This document shows positions 16,845 through 26,031 of a DNA stretch of 64,000 bases, one piece after another. A program made the translations under genes and the position numbers. How positions within the stretch are numbered: position 1 is the stretch's first letter; the number at the start of each line of letters is the position of its first letter. A model generated the notes under the pieces. That model ran no database searches. It was not told the DNA's origin and was given only the letters and a program-made list of their open reading frames with translations. Origin of the DNA: a virus; IMG/VR virus record IMGVR_UViG_3300036987_000083, positions 32,001 to 96,000 of that record. One strand, written 5' to 3'.

Positions 16845-17200
16845 TACCAGAGGTCGTAGAAGCTGAGTTCGGACTTGTCCATGCCCAGAATCGTCCGGGC
16901 CGCGTCGGAGAGCTGCTGCTGGGCCTCCTGCCGGGGCTCGGTGTCGTCCGCACCGAGGCCTCGGTACTTGTGCATCGCCGGTTCCATGAACAGCTTGTAA
17001 GCGGACAGCACCGCCTTGTTGATGTTCTGCTTCGAGGGAGGGATGCTGCGCAGCTCCTTGCGGAGGTAGCGGAGCGACTTGCCGAGCGCGGAGTTCATCC
17101 CTCGCGCAGCCGTCCCTACGCCCTTCATGGAGCAGTAGAGCTGCCAATCATCGGCGGAGAGCTTCGGAATGACGAGAGCCGGGAGTCGTGGGGTAGGCAT
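16844..17200 (-). CDS. hypothetical protein
   Basis: GAGGG SD. Confidence 0.7.
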   Translation of the reverse strand: MPTPRLPALVIPKLSADDWQLYCSMKGVGTAARGMNSALGKSLRYLRKELRSIPPSKQNINKAVLSAYKLFMEPAMHKYRGLGADDTEPRQEAQQQLSDAARTILGMDKSELSFYDLW

Positions 17201-17204
17201 TTGA

Positions 17205-17462
17205 TTACCCTCCCTTGAGGTGAGCGTGGCCGCACTCGTCGCAGACCCACGCGGGGATTCCATCTACGCCGTTGACAGTGACGTGTAGCAACGTCATTGG
17301 CTCGATGTGCCCCTTGACGCACATGCCGGGCTCAGGGAAGTTGTAATCAGCCTCAGCCTTGTTGCGGCACCATTCCACATAGCCGAGGCGGGTGTCGTTG
17401 TTGGCGACTTCGTACTTCCAGTCAGCGAGCGGGAAGGCGTCGGTTTTGAGCGAGGTGGGCAT
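17205..17462 (-). CDS. hypothetical protein (WxxEVANxDTRLGY) with C-terminal CxxC
   Basis: AAGGA SD. Confidence 0.7.
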   Translation of the reverse strand: MPTSLKTDAFPLADWKYEVANNDTRLGYVEWCRNKAEADYNFPEPGMCVKGHIEPMTLLHVTVNGVDGIPAWVCDECGHAHLKGG

Positions 17463-17471
17463 GGTTTCCTT

Positions 17472-17702
17472 TCAGCCGAAGAGGGCTTCGAGTGCCTCGA
17501 TGGTGGAACGAGCAGCGTAGAGGGGAACGACCGTCTTCTTCCGGGTGAGGGTGTCGGTGATGGTCACCTTGTTACCCTCGGGGTCCACCCGGAAGCGAGC
17601 CGAGTCGGTGACGAACGTTTCCGTCTGGACGAGGATTTGAAGCTCGCCCACATCGGTGCCTGCGAGATTCTCTCCGACTCGGGTCTTCACGGGGTTGGCC
17701 AT
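17472..17702 (-). CDS. hypothetical protein, leaderless
   Basis: TTGCAT-N17-TAGAAG-N6-ATG. Confidence 0.7.
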   Translation of the reverse strand: MANPVKTRVGENLAGTDVGELQILVQTETFVTDSARFRVDPEGNKVTITDTLTRKKTVVPLYAARSTIEALEALFG

Positions 17703-17787
17703 GCACTCCTTCTACACTATGAACTGCCACAATGCAAGCCCATCTTTAACCTTGACAATGACAGGGGCGGCGAGGTATAAGCTACGC

Positions 17788-18114
17788 ATGAATCCCAATC
17801 AACGCGCGGCCTTCAACCGTCTCGCCCTTGCGCTCTCTCAGGCGCAGGAGGCGCTTCTCGATGTGGTGAAGGAGTCCGACGACGTTATTCGGTCGGCTGA
17901 CGACGCCTACGAGGCATCCAAGAAGATGGCGGACATGCTTGGAGAGATGAGTGATGATTGGCAGCCGGAGGAGAGCAGCGGCTTGCTCTGCGAGCTGTAC
18001 GAGGCGGTGGAGCGCGTGCAGCCCGAGCTGGACAGGCTCAAGGCGGCGGTGGAGCCGAAGGAGGAGTCCCCTCCCGACATCCTCGTTTTCGGCGCTCCCG
18101 TGGTGAACCTGTGA
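17788..18114 (+). CDS. acidic helical hypothetical protein, leaderless
   Basis: TTGACA-N18-TATAAG-N6-ATG on +. Confidence 0.75.
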   Translation: MNPNQRAAFNRLALALSQAQEALLDVVKESDDVIRSADDAYEASKKMADMLGEMSDDWQPEESSGLLCELYEAVERVQPELDRLKAAVEPKEESPPDILVFGAPVVNL

Positions 18115-18329
18115 GCGGCGTAGAGGTGCGGTTTAAGCGGTGGGGGCACAAGGAGGAACCTGTCTCCGTTGTGATGGATGTAGTTCCTCGAAAGGGGGAT
18201 CTACTCCTTTGGGAGTATACCCACCCTTCTGCGTCTCCCATCCCGGTGGGCAACTACGTGGTGACGTCCGTATGTTGGGTGATGGCGAACACCCAGTACG
18301 TTACTGTGCTGCTCGTTCTTAACAACTAG
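18111..18329 (+). CDS. hypothetical protein
   Basis: GTGA overlap. Confidence 0.6.
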   Translation: MSGVEVRFKRWGHKEEPVSVVMDVVPRKGDLLLWEYTHPSASPIPVGNYVVTSVCWVMANTQYVTVLLVLNN

Positions 18330-18342
18330 CCCAGGTTCACTG

Positions 18343-18358
18343 GCGACCACATGGTCGC
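18343..18358. repeat. 16-bp palindrome
   Basis: GCGACCACATGGTCGC at a convergent junction. Confidence 0.95.
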
Positions 18359-18436
18359 TAGTGGAATACCCGCAGGGAGTTTTCTGGGTTGAACAAAAAA
18401 AGACCAGGCCAAGCCTGGTCCTTTCCGCCCGCGTAC

Positions 18437-18736
18437 TCACGGGTTGTAGTTCTCTTCTGCGTCCTCAGCTTCCTGCCTTGCCGCCTCGCTGCGTTCCTCG
18501 TCGGTGACGGGGCCGGGGTCCGGTAGATCCACAGAGACGCTCGGGGCTCGCTTGTTCACAAAGCGTACTCCGCGTCCGTGGGTGCGCTCCTGTGCCCGCG
18601 CTTCGCTCACGGTGACCCACGGGTAAGTGACTCGACCTTCAGCGGAGTCCGGTGAGTACCCATCCTTCCAGACGTACTTGGAGCCTGCCCCTCGTTCGAT
18701 GGGACCTCGGAGGTAATAGGTAACGGTGTCTTTCAT
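18437..18736 (-). CDS. hypothetical protein
   Basis: ATG 4 nt after upstream stop. Confidence 0.65.
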   Translation of the reverse strand: MKDTVTYYLRGPIERGAGSKYVWKDGYSPDSAEGRVTYPWVTVSEARAQERTHGRGVRFVNKRAPSVSVDLPDPGPVTDEERSEAARQEAEDAEENYNP

Positions 18737-18740
18737 CCCG

Positions 18741-19154
18741 TTAGTCGATTCCCAAGGGGGCGAAGAAGCCGAGCCGGGCCGCGTCTCGCAGCGTCGTGTA
18801 CCCGTACCCGTCAGGCTCGTCCCCCCATGACATATCGCCCGCCACCACGATGCGGAGCGGCTTACCCTCCTGCTTGATGACTCGGCAGGCCGCGTCGCGG
18901 GCGGCACCGTCCCACACGTTGTAGAGGTCCGCGAGCGTCTGGTTCGCGTCAGTGTCCGCGATGTCGTTGATTTCCGACTCGTCGAAATCCTGGAGGAACT
19001 CGTTGTTCAGCCAGAGGAATTTGGGGTCCTTCCGCGCCCGCTTGGCGGCCTCGATGGTGGCGTTGGCGCGCTTCAGCAGTCGTGCCTCCAGCGCCTTGCT
19101 GCGCTTGAGCTTCGTGGGGCCAGTAACGATGATGGTGAGGAGATCAGCGCCCAT
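18741..19154 (-). CDS. hypothetical protein (GDMSWGDEP motif)
   Basis: promoter plus CCCGCAG leader. Confidence 0.75.
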   Translation of the reverse strand: MGADLLTIIVTGPTKLKRSKALEARLLKRANATIEAAKRARKDPKFLWLNNEFLQDFDESEINDIADTDANQTLADLYNVWDGAARDAACRVIKQEGKPLRIVVAGDMSWGDEPDGYGYTTLRDAARLGFFAPLGID

Positions 19155-19214
19155 GGGGTTTGTTCCTTTCGACTGCGGGTGTGCTTCGTTTATACCACGC
19201 TAAGACTGCCGTTG

Positions 19215-19571
19215 TCAAGGGACGGTAGGGAGGGTGCCGTCGTCGCACCATTCGGCGTCGGCATTGACTTCGATGCCCTCGGGCATCGGCTTCGAGGATT
19301 CAAAGATTTCGTGCATGTTGACGAGGCGGCTACCAGACTCCCCGTAGTAGCGAGGTTCCGAATATTCCTCGCGCGTGTACCCCATCTCCCGCAGCTCCTT
19401 GAGGGAGGGTCGGTCGTCCTCGGGCAGGTCCTCCCACGACACGTCCGTGCTGGTGACAGTGAAGACGTGTTTCCCTTTCCCTTCTGCGTACAATTCGGAT
19501 TCCCGAGCCCTGTCGATGAGCTTGAAGGGACCGAATTGCCGGACCAACTCTTCGACGGTGTAGAGGGGCAT
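19215..19571 (-). CDS. hypothetical protein, leaderless
   Basis: TGGACA-N18-TACTGA-N6-ATG; TGA inside the next TTGACA. Confidence 0.75.
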   Translation of the reverse strand: MPLYTVEELVRQFGPFKLIDRARESELYAEGKGKHVFTVTSTDVSWEDLPEDDRPSLKELREMGYTREEYSEPRYYGESGSRLVNMHEIFESSKPMPEGIEVNADAEWCDDGTLPTVP

Positions 19572-19616
19572 GAGCATTCAGTACCACGAGTGGTATGCTG
19601 TTGTCCAGTGGAAGTT

Positions 19617-19868
19617 CTAGCTGGAGGGTTCTCCTTGCTGCACTTCGAGCGCCGCGTCGCGCAGCACGGCGCATCTGGGGCAGGTGGGGATGGTGTCGGC
19701 TTCTGGACTCCCGCCGCAGGCAACCTCGGCCACGGCGCGCCAGGTGGCCTCGTCCGCAATCTCGACCCCATCGCACGCGCGGACCAGTTGCGGCGTTTGT
19801 GTGAATGGAGAGCCGTAGCGCAGCCGCTCCAGTCCTCGGAGCGTCGCGTGTGTCAGCGGGGCGGTCAC
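19617..19868 (-). CDS. LTHAT-RACD-CPxC family protein 3
   Basis: GTG start after GAGGGG. Confidence 0.8.
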   Translation of the reverse strand: MTAPLTHATLRGLERLRYGSPFTQTPQLVRACDGVEIADEATWRAVAEVACGGSPEADTIPTCPRCAVLRDAALEVQQGEPSS

Positions 19869-19933
19869 GACCCCTCCTCGCAGCAGCATGTCTCGCACCT
19901 TCCTACCAGCACAGCAGCGTCGCACATCCTCAT
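19865..19933 (-). CDS. 22-aa Cys-rich linker peptide
   Basis: ATGA and GTGA overlaps with both neighbours. Confidence 0.45.
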   Translation of the reverse strand: MRMCDAAVLVGRCETCCCEEGS

Positions 19934-20148
19934 GTCGTCACCTCTTTTCCTTCGAGCGCCGCGTCTCGCATTACGGCGCATTTGGGGCAGGTGGGGATGG
20001 TGTCGCGGATGCCCGCCATGCCGATGGCTTCGTGAGGATGTTCTTCGCTGCTTCCGCACGCCAGGCGCCAGGCGTGTGCGGCTACATCGGGCTCTCCACG
20101 CAGCGTTCGAAGCGCGTTCACCGTCGCGTGCGTCAGAGCGTCAGTCAT
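19930..20148 (-). CDS. LTHAT-RACD-CPxC family protein 4
   Basis: paralogue motif. Confidence 0.8.
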   Translation of the reverse strand: MTDALTHATVNALRTLRGEPDVAAHAWRLACGSSEEHPHEAIGMAGIRDTIPTCPKCAVMRDAALEGKEVTT

Positions 20149-20196
20149 GGCGTCACCTCCACGGCGCGCGCCTTTGTGATGCGGGTGGGCCTTGAG

Positions 20197-21024
20197 TCAC
20201 TGGCGTCCCCGTCCGGTGGATTTCAGGATGGGGCCCAGGTTGGAAGCCCAGAGGTGGAGTTGTTCCACGGTGTACAGGCCGTAGTTGTAGAGGTGTTGCT
20301 CCATCGGATTCAGCCAGAAGACGACGGGATGTGCTGTCATGTCCTTTTGGACAGTGCTATCCTTGGTCCACCGGGGGGACAGGGAGAACCACCGCCGTCC
20401 TGCTTTATTCAGCTTCGTCTCGATGCCCGTATTTGCGGCAGCCTGAAGGAGGCTTTTCTGGTCCAAGTCTGCCGCCAGCATTGCATCCACGGAGTCTTTG
20501 GGCAGCTTCGAGACGATGGCGAAAAGGAGGCCACCACCAATGTGGAAGGGTCCGATGTTCGTCCAGAAGGCCACGTCGCGCTGTTGGAAGGCCAGGTGCA
20601 TCTCTCGCACCCGATTGCGGTCGAAGTCCGCCTTCTTTCCCCACGCCACCATGCCGAAGCTCCGCTCATCCCACGCGCATGCGAGGTTCCGGCGGTCCTC
20701 GTTGTACCACGGACCCGGCCTCGTCAATTCCCCCTCCCTCACCCGTCGCTCGAAGCTCGCGTTGGTGGTTTCAGAGGCACTGAGGGTGTCCGGGGAGTAG
20801 CCGAGGATGGTCTTGTCCTTGCCGTCTATGAAGCAAAGGTTTGGGGGGCAGGTACGCACTCGTCGCCGCTCGACCCCATCCACTTCGTCACCCGGCAGCC
20901 CGAAGGACGCGCGGAGCTTTTTCGTGCCAAATTCGTGCTCCGCACAGAAGTCGCTACCCATCGCCAAGCCGAGCAGGCTGCCTTGCGCGTCCAGCACCCA
21001 CTTGGGTTCGTTCGTTCGCCTCAT
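20197..21024 (-). CDS. conserved large-phage hypothetical protein (GSDFCAEHEFG...FWLNP.EQ..YNYG)
   Basis: recalled motif; leaderless promoter. Confidence 0.75.
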   Translation of the reverse strand: MRRTNEPKWVLDAQGSLLGLAMGSDFCAEHEFGTKKLRASFGLPGDEVDGVERRRVRTCPPNLCFIDGKDKTILGYSPDTLSASETTNASFERRVREGELTRPGPWYNEDRRNLACAWDERSFGMVAWGKKADFDRNRVREMHLAFQQRDVAFWTNIGPFHIGGGLLFAIVSKLPKDSVDAMLAADLDQKSLLQAAANTGIETKLNKAGRRWFSLSPRWTKDSTVQKDMTAHPVVFWLNPMEQHLYNYGLYTVEQLHLWASNLGPILKSTGRGRQ

Positions 21025-21069
21025 TGCGTTCCATTACCATGTTGGGTCTGCCCTTGTCAAGATAACTGA

Positions 21070-21085
21070 GCGACCATGTGGTCGC
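21070..21085. repeat. 16-bp palindrome
   Basis: GCGACCATGTGGTCGC. Confidence 0.95.
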
Positions 21086-21166
21086 GTCCCCGAGTAAGGA
21101 GTTTTCCTTACCGGACAAAAGACAACGGGTGAAGAGGCCCCGCAACCCCTTCCCCCGTCGGATCCT

Positions 21167-21415
21167 TTAGGTGGATCTGTTCAACTCCTGGTTACCCGCC
21201 GATGGCATCTCGTTGTCAAGTGGCGGGGCTGGGGTGGATCCTCCGAGATTCTCTGGCAGCACCTCTGTCTCAAAGGCCTCCCCAGGGGAGAGCTGCGAGG
21301 GGGGTATGACGCGAGCGTGTTGTGCTGCCAGCCTGAAGGCCTCCTCGTAGGAGTTGGCGGATACCTCCACCTCTCCGTAGAAGGGCCTCCAGACTGCGAA
21401 TCGGAAGTTCTTCAT
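21167..21415 (-). CDS. hypothetical protein
   Basis: GGAG SD; tail reads through a relic TTGACA. Confidence 0.6.
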   Translation of the reverse strand: MKNFRFAVWRPFYGEVEVSANSYEEAFRLAAQHARVIPPSQLSPGEAFETEVLPENLGGSTPAPPLDNEMPSAGNQELNRST

Positions 21416-21418
21416 GGG

Positions 21419-21811
21419 TTACTCCGGCCGCTCCACGCAGCTCACGTCGATGTCGTCATCGTCGAAATCGACCTTGTTCCCGTCGAAGTCGTGGATGGTG
21501 TACGCCGAGGAAGTCACGAGCATGCGTCGAGCCTCCTTCTCCGCTGCCGCCGCATTCTCGGCTTCCACCTGAAGGACGAAGCCGATGGGGAGCGTCACGC
21601 TTCCTGCCACGTTGAAAGTCTTGATGCCCGAGGAATCCGCCTCAGTGAGCAAGTCGGGGCGGTACTTCTTGAGTACCATCAGGAGGATGTCGCGCCCAGC
21701 TTCCGCGCAGTCTTCCTCGCTCATGCCGGGGACCACCTCGAAGAGCCGGGCCGCGATGTCCTCCTCAGTGGTGATTTGCTCGTCCGCGTCCAGCTTGCTG
21801 TTGTAGCTCAT
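21419..21811 (-). CDS. acidic two-module hypothetical protein
   Basis: abuts the upstream stop. Confidence 0.7.
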   Translation of the reverse strand: MSYNSKLDADEQITTEEDIAARLFEVVPGMSEEDCAEAGRDILLMVLKKYRPDLLTEADSSGIKTFNVAGSVTLPIGFVLQVEAENAAAAEKEARRMLVTSSAYTIHDFDGNKVDFDDDDIDVSCVERPE

Positions 21812-22123
21812 TTAGCCCTCCTCCTCTTCAGCCTCGGCGTCCTCGCAGTCCTCACACAGTCCGGGGGACTCGATTTCACTGCCGCAGTCCTCGCAGTAGT
21901 CGTCGTTCCCCTCTTTGTCGTCCTCCTCGCCCTCCACCTTGAAATACTTGAGGGCAGTGGCGAGGAGGTGGTTGTAGTCCCCGGAAGTCATCTCCTTCTG
22001 AATCAGCTCGATGTCTTCCTTTGGCATTCCCGCCTTCCGCGCAGCCTTGAGGCAAACCGCGATGACGTTGAAGGCGTTGCCATCAATTCCGACGAGATTC
22101 ACGCTTGGACGGATGCTCGGCAT
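21812..22123 (-). CDS. conserved phage hypothetical protein (LVGIDGNAF...SGDY.HLL) with acidic CxxC tail
   Basis: recalled motif; own promoter. Confidence 0.75.
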   Translation of the reverse strand: MPSIRPSVNLVGIDGNAFNVIAVCLKAARKAGMPKEDIELIQKEMTSGDYNHLLATALKYFKVEGEEDDKEGNDDYCEDCGSEIESPGLCEDCEDAEAEEEEG

Positions 22124-22187
22124 TTGTTTCCTCGGGTGTTGCGGGTGTCCCCCACCAGTACCACGACATGCCTGCCGTTGTCAAGAA

Positions 22188-22781
22188 CTAGAAGGGCGGG
22201 GTGACGAACTCGATGACGGGCGGCCAGTTGCAGCACCCGATTTTCCAAGCGTAGGCGTCCATGATGTCCTTTGCCTCCTTGAGCCCGGCAGCGTTGGCGC
22301 ACACGGTTCCCGTGTATGCCCGGTACACCTTGATGGCGTCGATTTTCTTACCCCGCTTCACGAGCTGCTTGTGGTTAGGCAGAAGCGGAGGGGGGTTGAG
22401 GATGTCAAACACAGGCTTGATGGTGCCTTCCGCGATGAAGTCGTCCACCAAGAGCTTTGCCGTCAGCAGGTCGGGCGTGGAGCCCGTGAGCGCGTGGATG
22501 CGGAGGCGGTATGTGGAGATGGCCTCCAGCTTGTGTCCAAGCAGGGCCAAATCCTTTTCCTTGACACTCAGAGGTATGGCGAATTTCAGTGGTGGTGCTT
22601 GCTTCGGCGGCTGCGTCGCTTCGAGACTCGTCACCGCTGTCAGCCCGGCTGACATTTTCGTAATCCGGTTGTTCAGCTCCGCGACTTCCGCGCGCAGCGA
22701 CACCAACTCTGCCCCCATCCCCACATTGAGGGATTGGACCGCTTCCATGACTTCCTGAAGGGAGGGCTTCTTGGCGGGCAT
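22188..22781 (-). CDS. hypothetical protein; C-terminal KIDAIKVYR...GLKEAKD resembles the ribosomal L7/L12 C-terminal-like motif
   Basis: leaderless promoter; motif. Confidence 0.7.
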   Translation of the reverse strand: MPAKKPSLQEVMEAVQSLNVGMGAELVSLRAEVAELNNRITKMSAGLTAVTSLEATQPPKQAPPLKFAIPLSVKEKDLALLGHKLEAISTYRLRIHALTGSTPDLLTAKLLVDDFIAEGTIKPVFDILNPPPLLPNHKQLVKRGKKIDAIKVYRAYTGTVCANAAGLKEAKDIMDAYAWKIGCCNWPPVIEFVTPPF

Positions 22782-22978
22782 GGCGTCCATATACCGCACA
22801 ACGACTGCCGTTGTCAAGATACTAGCGAGGTTAGGGAGTTATAGGAAGTTTATGGCCGCCGGACCTACTTCCCTAGAATCACCTAACCAGGCCGGGTGGA
22901 AGAGTGGCGGGAGTTTTCCTCTTCTTGTGGTAGGAACCTGGGTGGTTAACCTGGCGCATCACTAACCCGAGGATTCAC

Positions 22979-23269
22979 ATGAAGATTCGACCCATGCAGG
23001 ATCGGCTCATCGTCAAGCGCAACACCGGAGACGACGTTTCACCTGGAGGCATCCACATCCCCGTCGCGGCCAAAGCGAAGCCCCTGGAGGGAGAGGTTAT
23101 CGCCGTTGGACCGGGCAAGCGTCGGGAGGACGGGGTAATTCACCCACTCGGCGTGAAGGCGGGAGACACCATCCTCTTCGCTAAGTACGCGGGGGCTGAA
23201 ATCAAAATCAACGGCGCAGACTTCCTGATGATGCGTGAGGACGACGTTCTCGGCGTCTACGAGCCGTAA
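22979..23269 (+). CDS. groES: co-chaperonin GroES
   Basis: MKIRPMQDRLIVKR...GGIHIP...KPLEGEVIAVGPG...GDTILFAKYAG...MREDDVLG; GAGGA SD. Confidence 0.97.
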   Translation: MKIRPMQDRLIVKRNTGDDVSPGGIHIPVAAKAKPLEGEVIAVGPGKRREDGVIHPLGVKAGDTILFAKYAGAEIKINGADFLMMREDDVLGVYEP

Positions 23270-23325
23270 CGCGGGCTGAGCCCGCCTCCCCCTGTGGAGA
23301 GGCGGGCTTGTCCCTGCTCATGCGG

Positions 23326-23790
23326 TTACTCGACCGCAGTATCCAGCGCCTTGAGCTGCGCCTCCAGCGCCTCCGACTTGGTGGAGAGCGCGAGGAAGAC
23401 CTTGGCGACCTTCTCGGTGGCCTTCTTCGCCTTGGCGACCGCCTTCTCCAGCGCCGCCCGCGAAGCCGCCGCCTTCGCCGCCGCCTTCTCCGCCGCCTTC
23501 GCCGCCTTGATCTCGGCAGCGGTCAGCTTGGGCAGGCTGGCCTTCACGATCTCCTCCGCCGCGTAGAAGCTGGCGGGGCGACGCCCCCGCTTCCCCTCGA
23601 ACTTCGCCATGTGCGCCTTGGCCTCCTCCACCGTCATGGGCGCGGCCTCGGTCGTCGCCAGCTTCGCCTTGAGCGCCTCCAGCTCGGCCTTGAGCGCCTC
23701 GACCGTGGAGGTCGGGTTGACAGCGACCTCGGTGACGACCGGGGCAGTGTTGACGACGGGGGCAGTGTTCTCGTTGGTAACGGTGTCCAT
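23326..23790 (-). CDS. Ala/Lys-rich protein with AT-hook-like KRGRRP
   Basis: strong GC3 codon bias; AAGGA SD; own promoter. Confidence 0.8.
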   Translation of the reverse strand: MDTVTNENTAPVVNTAPVVTEVAVNPTSTVEALKAELEALKAKLATTEAAPMTVEEAKAHMAKFEGKRGRRPASFYAAEEIVKASLPKLTAAEIKAAKAAEKAAAKAAASRAALEKAVAKAKKATEKVAKVFLALSTKSEALEAQLKALDTAVE

Positions 23791-23893
23791 TGTGTTCGCT
23801 TCCTTGGGGTTGTGCTGCGTTGAACTGCGTTGTGCTGCGCCTTTGATTCCTTACTTATAAACCAGTGGGCACCTGATTGTCAAGGGCAATCAG

Positions 23894-24247
23894 TTAGGGT
23901 TCGTAAATTGTCAGTAACTTGGTGATTTCCATACCGAAAGTGTCGCGGTAATACGCAGACAGCCGGTTGAAGTCTGCGCGCGACAGGACGATTCCGCTCT
24001 TGGTGATTCCGCTGATGCCAGAATGGAACCACGCCAGCGGTCGAACACCCGAGCCCTCGACGAGGGCCTGAGGGCGGCACTCCGGCTTCGCGTACCAGTC
24101 ATCACTTCCGTCCACGATGACGGCTTCGGGGTGAACTCTCCAGACCTCCTCGGGGCTAGGCCTGTTGCTGAAAAAGTTAGTGAAACCGGAGGTTCCGGTA
24201 TGCGCCCTGGCACCAATCCCAATGAACGTCCGGAGTTCGTCTCCCAT
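23894..24247 (-). CDS. hypothetical protein
   Basis: TTGACA-N18-TAGATG-N5-ATG. Confidence 0.65.
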   Translation of the reverse strand: MGDELRTFIGIGARAHTGTSGFTNFFSNRPSPEEVWRVHPEAVIVDGSDDWYAKPECRPQALVEGSGVRPLAWFHSGISGITKSGIVLSRADFNRLSAYYRDTFGMEITKLLTIYEP

Positions 24248-24331
24248 TCCTTCATCTACAGCCAAATGCCTGCCGTTGTCAAGTACCGTGGGGCATTTGC
24301 GGTTGATGTCCGGGGAAAACTCCTCGCTTAG

Positions 24332-24347
24332 GCGACCATGTGGTCGC
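24332..24347. repeat. 16-bp palindrome abutting TAA
   Basis: GCGACCATGTGGTCGC. Confidence 0.95.
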
Positions 24348-25097
24348 TTACGGGACGCGGGACCAATCGGGCAAGTAGATGGAGTGACTGACGGCGTAGT
24401 GCTGGACCGTCTTGCTGTGGATGTAGCACGGGTCGCCCTGGCCGGACGCGGTGAGCCAAGCGGTGACTTCGGGGGTGTGGTTCTCCACCATGATGGTGGG
24501 GCGGTAGTCCAAGAGGAACTGCCTGGCGCCCTGGAGGATGGGCAGTTCGTCCCCCTGGGTGTCCACCTTCAACCAAGCCTTCCCCCTGGCGGCAACCTGG
24601 TACTCGAAGGGTGGAAGTTTCATCTCCCTGGGCAGCCTGGAGACGTACTCGTCTAGGGTTTCACAGAAACGTCCTGGCCCTGGCAGCTTCGAGGGCGTGT
24701 GGTGGCACTCCGGGGTGTTCAACCAGCCGGTTTCCCTATGCAGCCCGGTGAGGTTCAGGGTGGCGCGGCGCTCCCAACCGTTCACCTCCACGGTTTTGGC
24801 CATCGTCGAGACACACGTGGCGTCCAGGTCCCAGCAGTGGATATGGGCGGCACCGATGGCCAGGGCGGAGAAGGCGTAGGCTCCATAGCCACAGCCGACA
24901 TCCAGTACCAGGTCCCCAGGCTGCACTTGGAAGAGTTGCTCCCGGAGTTGCCGCTCTTGGCTGTAGGCGAAGTGGGAGGCGTGATGCCTCGTGCTCACCA
25001 TGGCGGGGAAGGGCGTCCCACGGAAAGAGAAAACTCTGCGAATCAACCTGGGCATCCTGGTGATTAGAGCACGCCGGACAGGAAGTGGAAATGACAA
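24348..25097 (-). CDS. FkbM-family SAM-dependent methyltransferase (start uncertain)
   Basis: VLDVGCGYG; LKVDTQGDELPILQGA...RPTIMVE. Confidence 0.8.
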   Translation of the reverse strand: MSFPLPVRRALITRMPRLIRRVFSFRGTPFPAMVSTRHHASHFAYSQERQLREQLFQVQPGDLVLDVGCGYGAYAFSALAIGAAHIHCWDLDATCVSTMAKTVEVNGWERRATLNLTGLHRETGWLNTPECHHTPSKLPGPGRFCETLDEYVSRLPREMKLPPFEYQVAARGKAWLKVDTQGDELPILQGARQFLLDYRPTIMVENHTPEVTAWLTASGQGDPCYIHSKTVQHYAVSHSIYLPDWSRVP

Positions 25098-25146
25098 AGC
25101 CTCCTCAGCCGCGCGGGCCGAGGAGGCTTGAAACTGCGTCGTCGCT

Positions 25147-25416
25147 TTAGCCCAGCTTGATGATGGGCAGCTCGACCTGCTTCTTCTCGAAGGCGGCAGT
25201 GGGGAAGATGGCGATGAATCGAGATTCGCTCCGCTTCACCACCATCGGCTTGAGCCCGGTGAGCTTGCGGAAGGTGGCCAGTCGGGTGCTGCCCGTCATG
25301 GAGAGTTCCGTCTTGAGGACGATACGCTTCGCGTCCTCCTTACCGGACTTCTTGTGGATGAAGGGAACGGCGCGAAGACCGAGACTGGCGGCGAGTTCGG
25401 ATGCGGTGACTTTCAT
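25147..25416 (-). CDS. basic hypothetical protein
   Basis: AAGGAG SD; GC3 bias. Confidence 0.7.
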   Translation of the reverse strand: MKVTASELAASLGLRAVPFIHKKSGKEDAKRIVLKTELSMTGSTRLATFRKLTGLKPMVVKRSESRFIAIFPTAAFEKKQVELPIIKLG

Positions 25417-25436
25417 AACTACTCCTTGGGGTGGGA

Positions 25437-25631
25437 CTACGGGAGGTCGATGCAGGTGCCGGTTTCGTCCAGCGTCACCACGATGCTTTGCGCGTCCACG
25501 TTGAGAGCCGTAGCCGCGCAGCGTGCCACCATCTCCAAGAGCGCCCGCTTATACTCGGGATGGGCCGGACCGCCATCCAGCAGGGACTCAGCGACCGAGA
25601 GCATCGTGGAGCCTTTGATGGTGAAGTTCAT
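25437..25631 (-). CDS. hypothetical protein, leaderless
   Basis: TTGACA-N18-TATAGG-N6-ATG. Confidence 0.7.
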   Translation of the reverse strand: MNFTIKGSTMLSVAESLLDGGPAHPEYKRALLEMVARCAATALNVDAQSIVVTLDETGTCIDLP

Positions 25632-25675
25632 GGGTCCCCTATACCATGTCCGGGCTGTCGTTGTCAAGAGCGCCG

Positions 25676-25999
25676 TTACCACTCGAACACAGGGAATTGG
25701 TTCAGCAGCTCTCCGTCGTTGTCAAAGAGGACGTAGCTACACCCCAGCCCCCGCGCGGCCTTGAGGATATCGCTCAGCGCATTCAGGGCCTCGCCAGCGT
25801 TGATGCCCTCATACGCCTGCTGCAAGAACATCGGCTCGTGGTCCCCGCCAGTCCACAACAGCCAACCGTGCTCGCCCTTCATCGCGGCGTGCTGGTCCAT
25901 GAAGGAGGGGCTGGTTCCATGAGCGGTGACGAGGACTTCCCCGAGGTGGCCGGTGGAGAGTGTGAGGATAGGCTCGATGCTGCTATTGGTTTCGCTCAT
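25676..25999 (-). CDS. conserved hypothetical protein (LSTGHL...GCSYVLFDND), leaderless
   Basis: promoter at 26030; recalled motif. Confidence 0.75.
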   Translation of the reverse strand: MSETNSSIEPILTLSTGHLGEVLVTAHGTSPSFMDQHAAMKGEHGWLLWTGGDHEPMFLQQAYEGINAGEALNALSDILKAARGLGCSYVLFDNDGELLNQFPVFEW

Positions 26000-26031
26000 G
26001 TCGGGACCATAGCACGCACAGGTTGCCTTTG

